Made by a program: the position numbers and the translations under genes | In this document: piece after piece, positions 10,413-17,638 of the stretch | Layout: every line of letters starts with the position of its first letter | Position numbering within the stretch: the first letter of the stretch is position 1 | Assembly: GCA_041746255.1 (NCBI GenBank) | Contig: JBGTHM010000088.1 | Coordinates: 1 to 49,355, forward strand | Direction of reading: 5' to 3' | DNA length: 49,355 nucleotides | Source: Fibrobacteria bacterium | Lineage (GTDB): Bacteria > Fibrobacterota > Fibrobacteria > UBA11236 | The notes under the pieces: generated by a model | What the model was told of the DNA's origin: nothing | Seen by the model: only the letters and a program-made list of their open reading frames with translations | The model's database searches: none

Positions 10413-10721
10413 ATGAATATCGATCCCGTTTCCCGGTTATACGGCCCTCAGCTCAATAAAGCGGCGGGCAAAGCCAAGCCTCCGGAAAAACCGCCATCGC
10501 CTTCTGGAGATACGCTGGCGCTTTCGCCCCAAGCGCGTGAATTGCAACGTCTGGCTGCAGAAACCGGCACGGTAAACGCTCGCCTGGCGGAAATTCCCGA
10601 TGTCCGGCCCGAAATAGTCGCAAGTACCCGCGAAAAAGTCGCCTCCGGCCATTACAACTCGCCGGAATTCACCGATAAGCTGGCGGATAAACTGCTGAAA
10701 GCTTTTGGTTTGGTCGATTGA
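10413..10721 (+). CDS. flgM: Flagellar anti-sigma28 factor FlgM
   Basis: DTLALSPQAREL, PDVRPEIV..REKVASGHY..DKLADKLL pattern; sigma28 promoter upstream. Confidence 0.85.
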   Translation: MNIDPVSRLYGPQLNKAAGKAKPPEKPPSPSGDTLALSPQARELQRLAAETGTVNARLAEIPDVRPEIVASTREKVASGHYNSPEFTDKLADKLLKAFGLVD

Positions 10722-10755
10722 AACCATCTCCGGTAACCACACTTCCGGCTAAAAC

Positions 10756-11541
10756 ATGATAACCGGCTTGGGTCTACTCCGTTTGCTTCTGATTGCCTAC
10801 CCGGTCGTGGCGGCTCCCTTTCTGAATGAATCCTCATGGCAAGATGGCCAAGCCGAAATTCTCGCCTATTCGGTTGTCCGCAGCTATAAAGGCGTGGAAA
10901 TCAGATACCCCGCGCATATCGTAACGGAAAAGGTTTGGCAGCAAAAAGACGGCTTGCTGGTCCGCAAAGCCGGCGCCGGAAAGCCGTTACTGCATTCCAC
11001 CCTAGCTTATACTTTCAATGCGGACGGCTTCGCGCATAACCATCACGCTTCCGTCCAGGTTGGGGGGGATCCTCTCCGACTGGTAACGCAGGAGTCGCTG
11101 GTTGCCAATTGGAAGGGCGTCATCCGGAAGAAGTTGACGCAAGGTCCGAAGGTGCGGCTGGAAATTGAAACCAATGGATTCGTGTCTGGCCTCACACAGG
11201 AATGGGACAAGACCCCGATATTCACGGAAGAAATGTTGTTCAGCTATTTACGTTCGCTTCCCTTCGCCAAAGGTTATACGGAGGATATCTGGCTGATAGA
11301 GCCGATGCTGGACGAAAGGGTAACGCCGCGAATCCGTTACGGTAAAATCCGCGTGGAATATAAAATCGCCGGGATTAAAGACCTTACGACTTGGTATGTC
11401 ACCGTCACGCGGGAAAACGCGAAGAAGCTGGAATTTTGGGTGAATGTCTCGGGGCTACGTCCGGTTGTGCGCGCGATTCTGTCGGACGGGAGCGTCTGGG
11501 AAATCAAGTCGATAGATCGGCAAAAATATTGGACTTGGTGA
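10756..11541 (+). CDS. Hypothetical exported protein
   Basis: 261-aa ORF with an N-terminal signal-peptide-like segment (..PVVAA) and beta-rich composition. Confidence 0.7.
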   Translation: MITGLGLLRLLLIAYPVVAAPFLNESSWQDGQAEILAYSVVRSYKGVEIRYPAHIVTEKVWQQKDGLLVRKAGAGKPLLHSTLAYTFNADGFAHNHHASVQVGGDPLRLVTQESLVANWKGVIRKKLTQGPKVRLEIETNGFVSGLTQEWDKTPIFTEEMLFSYLRSLPFAKGYTEDIWLIEPMLDERVTPRIRYGKIRVEYKIAGIKDLTTWYVTVTRENAKKLEFWVNVSGLRPVVRAILSDGSVWEIKSIDRQKYWTW

Positions 11542-11697
11542 GGGTGGGGGCGAGTTACAAAAACAGCCTAGCCGGGTTGCAATCGACCGTCCAGGTAGAG
11601 TTGCATTGCGAAGTACCTCCGGGTATGTCTAGTTCGTTGGTCGGATGTAAATGCATCCTCGATCACCGAATCCATCCTCACAACAAAGGAAAATGAT

Positions 11698-12296
11698 TTG
11701 GGTAAAAAATCGTTACCATATCCTCATTAATTCTCATAGCAGCCGCTTCCACATATGCGGTACCCTGGTGCCATCGAGGGACAATCGTCCAAATTGCCGA
11801 CGTTACCTGGGGTGAAAGCCAGATATTAAGTAATTTTTTTGAAACCGTGCCCACTTCAGTGCTGGATCCGGAACGCTACGTAACTTTCACGGCCACACAT
11901 AACTATGCCAGTGCCTTTTCAGGAGGTAGCGGTGGATTCGGAGGCTTTAGCGTTCCCGGCTCCGGACAAGTTAGAGTCAAATCCTACGCGCCTTCCACCT
12001 ATACTTCGTACGTGGGGCCCGGATATTACTTCACCAGTCATGGTGTCGAGTTTACCCTGGAAAAGTGCTATACCATTCCACCAATGACCCAGGTACTGGA
12101 TTATGCAACCGTCGCTTTGCCGGATGGTCCTCCCATTGTGGTCAGGCTTTTTAAAGGCTTGGAAATCATGCGGAAATACTGGAATACGCAGATAGCCGAT
12201 CCGGGTAAGGAAGAAGACGGGAACAAAAAAGGGCATCACGGCAAAAAGGAAGCGCATCCCAGAAAGAACGAAAATCGTCCGGGGAAAAATCGATAG
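11698..12296 (+). pseudogene. Exported hypothetical protein frameshifted in an A6 tract (or a homopolymer sequencing error)
   Basis: The frame of ORF 11847-12296 is open back to 11706 and encodes KIVTISSLILIAAASTYA|VPWC, a signal peptide. The RBS AAGGA and starts ATG 11693 / TTG 11698 are out of frame by one base across A6 at 11704-11709. Confidence 0.7.
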
Positions 12297-12320
12297 GAAA
12301 AATCCTGTGACTGCAGCGCG

Positions 12321-12354
12321 GCCAGCTCCTCGGTTTTAGAGGGGCTGGCTTTTT
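12321..12354 (+). terminator. Rho-independent terminator
   Basis: GCCAGCTCCTC-loop-GAGGGGCTGGC followed by TTTTT, just after the stop at 12296. Confidence 0.8.
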
Positions 12355-12586
12355 GGGGTAATGCCTTTTTCGAAAACCAGCGCTTTTTCGCGTCCAAAAA
12401 CGGGTGATGGTGCGATTTTCTCGAGCATCGGGGATCCGTTCTACTCTAAATTTAGAATAGGCTGTGTCCCATTTCTCCCTGGCACACATACCGGGTCGAA
12501 ACCAACGATTTTGTGAGTTGAATTGGAGTCCATGGCAGATAAACAACCGCCATGGATTAGTGAGTGCTGAAATAAATACAACTAAT

Positions 12587-13222
12587 TTAAATTACTGCGG
12601 AGCATTCCCTATTATCCTCTTCGATTCCCACCCACTCCTTAATTTCCAGGTCTTGAGGTCTTGCAGGCATTTTATCGATAAAATGTATAGTAGCTTCGGA
12701 AAGCCCCAAAGCAAGTTGTGTTCCTGGTAGGGCGGCTACATCTTGATCGAGAAAAAAATCTTCGTCCCAAAAAAAGGAATCACAGATTTCTTCAAAATGA
12801 ATAGGTGTAGTATGAAATGGGTCCTTTAGAAAAGCATTTTCTTCGGATTCGTCTTGCTTTTCTTTGGCTGATTTTTTCTTAGATGACTTTGGTGCCTTGA
12901 CCTTTTCCTTCTCTTCTTCGATCATCTCCTTTACCATATCAATAGACCCATTGTGAAGTTCTACAAAATTATCGAGGATCATGTACATCATATACCAGTG
13001 CCAGTCAGTTAACTGCCAGAGGCGAACGCTCTTGTGCGCACGTTCCAAGTGGTCAATCAATCGAAAAATAACGTCGGTTCCACCATATTGTTCTGCGCGA
13101 CCTTCAAAAATATAATGAGCCATCTCATCCTTATCCCAATCATGGCGGTCCGCAAAATACTGGAAGGACTCGTTGACGATTCTCTGAAACTCGGGGGTAG
13201 GGGTTTGGGCAAAGCGAATCAT
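12587..13222 (-). CDS. Hypothetical acidic protein in an AT-rich accessory region
   Basis: 211-aa ORF with a good RBS (AGGAG), a Lys/Glu-rich linker and aromatic motifs (LTDWHWY, FFWDEDF). Confidence 0.75.
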   Translation of the reverse strand: MIRFAQTPTPEFQRIVNESFQYFADRHDWDKDEMAHYIFEGRAEQYGGTDVIFRLIDHLERAHKSVRLWQLTDWHWYMMYMILDNFVELHNGSIDMVKEMIEEEKEKVKAPKSSKKKSAKEKQDESEENAFLKDPFHTTPIHFEEICDSFFWDEDFFLDQDVAALPGTQLALGLSEATIHFIDKMPARPQDLEIKEWVGIEEDNRECSAVI

Positions 13223-13376
13223 TGTTAGTAGCTCCTGGTTGTTGAGCTATAGATTTAACGCTGCCGGTAAATTTATTCAAGTCAATTTACAGACGAAAAA
13301 GCAACGAAAATATTGAACGATAATCCAATATATCCATTGTGGCGATAATATCACGAAACCAGCATTTAATTTGGTT

Positions 13377-13883
13377 TTAACTTTTTGAGGTTAGGCGCAG
13401 GTGGTAATGAAAAAAGTTTAGGCGGAACGCTTTGATCGAATATCTGCAATGGTTTTTTCGGTCAGTGGCAAATTCCAGGAGTATCGCCTTGGCATTATCA
13501 TCAGCCTCTTCGGAATCTTGGCCGCATTTTCTGTACATCCTGTATAGGTCCATGTAAAACTTGAATATTGCGTTTGTGATTCCCCGGCCACCGCCTCTGT
13601 GGTTAATGTCCATGGCTTGAATTTCGTTTTGGATTTTCGGCAAGACCTTTTTGATGTATCGGTCAGGGTGCTTTACCAGATCAGTGTTCTCTTCCATTTT
13701 TGGTAGAGGTTCCGTCACAATATTTCCATGGGGCTAGGATTCAGTTCCTATGAAATTTTGAACCTCTCGATAATGCTTAGTCAGCATCGGCATTAAATGC
13801 CACCGGGTTAACTCAAAAGAGGTCGGGTCACACCCTGGGAAATATTTGGCGAACTTTTTGCGGGCCTTGAAGGTGCTCTTTCG
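13377..13883 (-). pseudogene. Degraded hypothetical gene next to IS3 (the 113-aa ORF 13377-13718 is its 3' part)
   Basis: The frame is open from 13883 to 13377 except for one in-frame TAG at 13734-13736; its 5' end lies about 45 bp from the IS3 right end. Confidence 0.45.
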
Positions 13884-13955
13884 TCACATTGCAGGTTAAT
13901 GGGAAACCTTGTTAGGGAATCAAGGGACGGAACTGTCTCCCTTTTTCCGGACAGA

Positions 13956-14798
13956 TTATGCAGCCCATTTCAATTCCTACTCGGCCGGGCTACTGTAACC
14001 GATAAAAGTATGTCTCCTTCGCAGATTGTACCAGGTTTCTATCCAATCAAAAGCTACCTGTTCCACCTCCCCTTCATCCTTCAATACGCATTTTCGGATA
14101 CCCGTTTCCCGTTTGAAGGTTCTAAAGAAACTTTCAGTCGGCGCATTATCCCAACATTGACCTCTTCGACCCATGGAAGGAAGGATGCCCCGCTCCAGAA
14201 GGAAATCTTGAAGCTTCTTTGAGGTATACTGGCAACCTTGATCTGAATGAAACATCAGTCGCGATCGCCTGTATCGACGACAATTCAAGGCTTGGCTAAG
14301 GGATACAAGAACTAAATCGATGTCGGGATTTCTTGACATCGACCATCCTATCACTTTTCTGGAAAAAAGGTCCAATATCACGGCCAAGTAGACCCATCCA
14401 CTTTGGGTCCAAATATAGGTGATATCCGAGGTCCAGGTTCTATTGGATCTCGATGGTTTAAAATTCCGATGCAAGCGATGCTTGCAAACCTTCGATTCCT
14501 GGGCCTTTTTCAGCACCGAATAGGGAGAAGGCTTACAGGGCTGAGCCTCCAAGTCCATCTCCTTCATCATGCGCAGGACCAGCTTCCGACCCACAAAAAT
14601 CCCGCTATCACGCAAGCATTTTCGAATCGAACGATGCCCATAGGTTTTGCGACTTGCTTTGAAATGATAACGTATGGAATCCTTCAATTCAGGTCGCTCC
14701 AAAGGTACCCTCAATCTCCGGCTGCGCCCTCCGTAGAATCCCAAACGAATCACCTTAAGGGCTCGGCACATGATTTCAATGGAATGAGCGGCCTTCAT
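13956..14798 (-). pseudogene. IS3 transposase OrfB (DDE integrase core) with a premature TAG near the C-terminus
   Basis: WTSDITY, FHSDQGCQY, WDNAPTESFF, WYN.RRRH..GY.SP motifs. TAG at 13977-13979 sits where Y/F is expected, and the frame continues ELKWAA to TAA at 13956. Confidence 0.88.
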
Positions 14799-15108
14799 TT
14801 TTTCGATCCAGGCGTATTTCTCTTGAGCGGCTCTTGTGCGAAATACGCCGTCGCTTTTTTTATTATCTCAAGCTCCTCTGCCTGTTCGGCCACAAGCTTG
14901 CAAAGCTTATCGAGTTCCAGCTTCTCCTCAATGGCCATGGCCAGGCCCTTTCCCCTGGCCTCAGCGGTTTCGGCGGCGGCTTCCGAAGTAGACTGGCGCT
15001 GATATCCAGCTCTCGGGCCGCCTAGGCGACGTTTTTCCGCTCCTTGGCCAAAGCCACAGCTCGCTCCTTGTATTTCCCATCAAATGCTCGTCTTTTTTCG
15101 TTTTTCAT
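14795..15108 (-). pseudogene. IS3 transposase OrfA (HTH), inactivated
   Basis: MKNEKRRAFDGKYKERAV..VA*AARELDISASLLR, then a frameshift near 14981 into ..EELEIIKKATAYFA; in-frame TAG at 15022-15024. Confidence 0.85.
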
Positions 15109-15227
15109 TGGACACCTTTCTCAGGTAAATCTACCTGAATGTTGTGTCCGGTGTCAGGGGGTCAGTTCAGAGCCGATATAACAGGTATCCTCTGGAAGAT
15201 ACGTGATTTCCGTTCCTCGTTCATGAA

Positions 15228-15944
15228 TTAAACCAGAAACCGCGAGTTCTGCTCTTGAAGATGAGTATGCAGCATGGGCGCCTTATTTGCGGTTATCCGC
15301 AGAATGGCCTTTTGTTCTTTACGTGTCAATCGGTTAAAGGCCCAGGCCATTCCAACGCGACCCTCTTCTCTATCCATTAGGAAGTAGGTCATCTGCTGCG
15401 CCGTCTGCAGGTCCTTCTCTTTTTTCGCTGGATTCTTGCGCTGCTCATGAACGATGAACTTGAATAAGGTATAGAGTTCCGGTCGTGGTACACGGAGGGT
15501 GAAGCCTTGATAGACAATACTCATGAGTTCTTCTTCCCGGTAGCCCAGGTGGCGCAGCCCTTGCACAGTGATATTGAGCGGGGTTACATGTTCCACCTGA
15601 TTGCGACCATCGCCGCGGAGCGGAGCTAAAAACTCCACTACGAATTCTTCCCGTCGATATTTGCAATATCCCGTGGCCCAGGCTATCTCTTCTAAAAAGC
15701 CCACTGCGGCTAAGGCTTGCGGGATATCCGCGGGCGGCATCAACTTCTTAGGATGCAGTACCAGAAGATCCATATCGGTTGTGCGCACTGCCGGAATAGG
15801 CGCATCGGTTCCGAAGTGCTTCCGGTACAGCAAAAGGCACCAACTGCCGATTAGAACCAATTCCTTCAATGCTCCAGCCTGATCCAATGCCTTTAGGACC
15901 AGGAGGAATATATCACGGTTGGGTTCACTTTCCGCGTTTGGCAT
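15228..15944 (-). CDS. GSU2403-family (Pol-beta-like) nucleotidyltransferase-fold protein
   Basis: hG[S] motif LVLIGSWC, RTTDMDL (DxD), VEFL, VPRPE...HK-like segment, KKEKD..Q. Confidence 0.75.
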   Translation of the reverse strand: MPNAESEPNRDIFLLVLKALDQAGALKELVLIGSWCLLLYRKHFGTDAPIPAVRTTDMDLLVLHPKKLMPPADIPQALAAVGFLEEIAWATGYCKYRREEFVVEFLAPLRGDGRNQVEHVTPLNITVQGLRHLGYREEELMSIVYQGFTLRVPRPELYTLFKFIVHEQRKNPAKKEKDLQTAQQMTYFLMDREEGRVGMAWAFNRLTRKEQKAILRITANKAPMLHTHLQEQNSRFLV

Positions 15945-16245
15945 ACTTCAGTGTTCTTTCAATGATGCGCAGATCCTTTTTCATCTTGCGGATGCTGTCC
16001 ATAAGGATGCGGCGCTCTTTCACTTGGGGCTCTAATTCCGTATGCTTCCGCGATGGAATGGGGGCAATGTACTGAAAGTGCACCTTTCCACCTTCCCGAT
16101 AGGCAAGGTAGGCATAGCGACGATTACCCTGCCGTTTAATCCAAAGCGAACCCCGAGGCATTTTAGCCACGCGTTCGGAATAGAGCTTAAGCGCACTTTC
16201 TAAGTGCTCCCTCTCCTCCTCCAAAACCCCATAAATAACACTCAT
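15925..16245 (-). CDS. Small basic partner protein of the nucleotidyltransferase (DUF6788-like)
   Basis: PRGSLWIK..G.RYAYLAYREGGKVHFQYI beta-rich core between helical segments; 20-nt overlap with the downstream gene. Confidence 0.75.
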   Translation of the reverse strand: MSVIYGVLEEEREHLESALKLYSERVAKMPRGSLWIKRQGNRRYAYLAYREGGKVHFQYIAPIPSRKHTELEPQVKERRILMDSIRKMKKDLRIIERTLKYAKRGK

Positions 16246-16552
16246 AAATTATACCTAACAATGTAATTATACTATACTCTCGTTAGGTGGAAAAGGGGTA
16301 TTATGACACATTTTAAGGCTATATAGGGAGATTTTCCTGCTTCCAACGCTTATCCCCTGGTAGGCGGAGGATTCTCAGATCCATTTTCCCCTTTTGGGCG
16401 CTTTCCAGGTGCTCTTTCTCCTCCTCCAAAACCCCAAAAATGACGATCATAAAATATACCTAACATACTAATTATTTAGCATAGTTGTTAGGTTTAAAAG
16501 AGGATTACCAATGAATTTTAAGGCTATATAGGAAGATTTTCCTACTTCCAAC
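16193..16552. repeat. Imperfect tandem direct repeat of about 155 bp (16193-16347 and 16398-16552, period 205 bp) covering the promoter, operator-like IR and gene start
   Basis: Shared blocks CTCCTCCTCCAAAACCCCA, TATACCTAACA, GTTAGGT, ATTTTAAGGCTATATAGG, AGATTTTCCT and CTTCCAAC at a constant 205-bp offset. Confidence 0.9.
16319..16450 (-). pseudogene. 43-aa truncated, internally deleted paralog of the 106-aa gene
   Basis: MIVIFGVLEEEKEHLESAQKGKMDLRIL.. versus MSVIYGVLEEEREHLESALK...KKDLRII of 15925-16245. Confidence 0.65.
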
Positions 16553-16809
16553 TGCTCCGCCTCTCCTCGTTCAAGAGCTGGAATAGGCGCTCAGGTAGTA
16601 CCGCGGCCCCCTATAAAAAACCCGCGAACCACGCCATGCTTTGTCCGGATTCTTGCCTGTTATTAGATAGGTACCCGCGCTGCAATATGTCATTTTTTAA
16701 AGAAGCATTTATGAATTTCACTTCACCTCCCTTCACTCCTTCTCACCTTTCTTCTCCCTTTAAACTCGTCAAATCCCCGTTTATCGCCCAAAATCCCAGT
16801 TTTTCCTTT

Positions 16810-16825
16810 CGGCACGGTCCTTGCA
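16810..16825 (+). promoter_or_regulatory. sigma54 (RpoN) -24/-12 promoter upstream of spoVG
   Basis: CGGCACG-GTCC-TTGCA with exact GG-N10-GC spacing, 115 nt upstream of the spoVG ATG in a long intergenic region. Confidence 0.65.
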
Positions 16826-16939
16826 TTTTGGATTGGCAGATTTCGATAACGCCGAAAGTATCGGCAAGTCTTAATCACCGGTAACGATTACCAAAACCAG
16901 TAATCAACCGGAATCACAAACTGAAAAGGAGAACACAAA

Positions 16940-17221
16940 ATGTTCAATGGATTAGAAATCAGCCAAGTCGCCGTACACCCCGTCAAGAATAAGCAGCCCG
17001 ACAGCGCTCTCGAAGCGTTTGCCCGAGTGGTGTTGAACGATCAATTCGTCATCAACAGCATCCGGGTGGTGCAGGGGAAATATGGACTCTTCATATCCTT
17101 CCCCCGTGAATTCAACGCCGCGGAAAAGAAGGGGTACAATTTGTGTTTCCCTCTCTCCAAGGAATTGCGTGACCATATTTCGGAGCGGGTTCTGGAAGAG
17201 TACGCCCTCGCCGCAGTCTAA
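16940..17221 (+). CDS. spoVG: SpoVG-family nucleic-acid-binding protein (copy 1)
   Basis: LEAFARVVLNDQFVINSIRVVQGKYGLFISFP...CFPLSKELR; strong RBS AAAGGAGA. Confidence 0.9.
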   Translation: MFNGLEISQVAVHPVKNKQPDSALEAFARVVLNDQFVINSIRVVQGKYGLFISFPREFNAAEKKGYNLCFPLSKELRDHISERVLEEYALAAV

Positions 17222-17237
17222 TCGACTTTAGCTTAAT

Positions 17238-17269
17238 GACCCCGCCCCTTGTGGGTAGGGTCTATTTAT
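17238..17269 (+). terminator. Hairpin / possible weak terminator between the spoVG copies
   Basis: GACCCCGCCC..GGGTAGGGTC followed by TATTTAT. Confidence 0.45.
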
Positions 17270-17344
17270 CCCTCAAAACAAATGATCAATCCGGTGCTCC
17301 GTTCCCGGGCACCCATTCACTAACCGAAAATTAAAAGGAAAATT

Positions 17345-17623
17345 ATGCAAGTTACATCTATTGAAATCCGTCCCGCTCCCCGAGGAGAAGAGGCTGTCAA
17401 AGCCATAGCGCATGTCATCGTCAACAACGCCCTTGCCCTGAGAGGCATTCGTATCCGGAAAGGCCGTTATGGGTACTTCCTTTCGTTTCCCAGGCAGACT
17501 TTGGGTTCGCCCTATCGTGTATTCGAAACCACGTCGCATAAGTTACGGCGCAATCTCGAAACCCAAATCGTGCGGGAATATGAGCTGGCCTTATCGCGTT
17601 CCATAGTACAAAGCTTTTTGTGA
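17345..17623 (+). CDS. spoVG: SpoVG-family protein (copy 2, more basic)
   Basis: MQVTSIEIRP..VKAIAHVIVNN.LALRGIRIRKGRYGYFLSFP..LRRNLE..IVREY. Confidence 0.82.
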   Translation: MQVTSIEIRPAPRGEEAVKAIAHVIVNNALALRGIRIRKGRYGYFLSFPRQTLGSPYRVFETTSHKLRRNLETQIVREYELALSRSIVQSFL

Positions 17624-17638
17624 GGGTGGGAGATAAAG

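Larger units (their letters stand above)
13929..15169 (-). mobile_element. IS3-family insertion sequence, decayed (1241 bp)
   Basis: Imperfect 25-bp terminal IRs: TGAACTGACCCCCTGACACCGGACA (15169 end, minus strand) and GGAACTGTCTCCCTTTTTCCGGACA (13929 end), 18/25 identical. orfA/orfB organisation with an A7G slippery site at 14854-14861. No clear target duplication. Confidence 0.9.

Noticed and set aside
13734..15024. Three in-frame TAG codons (13734, 13977, 15022) suggesting amber recoding
   Set aside because: The expected residues differ (Gln in orfA, Tyr/Phe in orfB), orfA also has a frameshift, and core genes (pilB, pilT, flagellin) end in TAG; simple decay explains them.
12455..16590. 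GAATAGGC 8-mer at both edges of the accessory patch as an att or target duplication
   Set aside because: Too short to be significant without an empty-site comparison, and no integrase is present.
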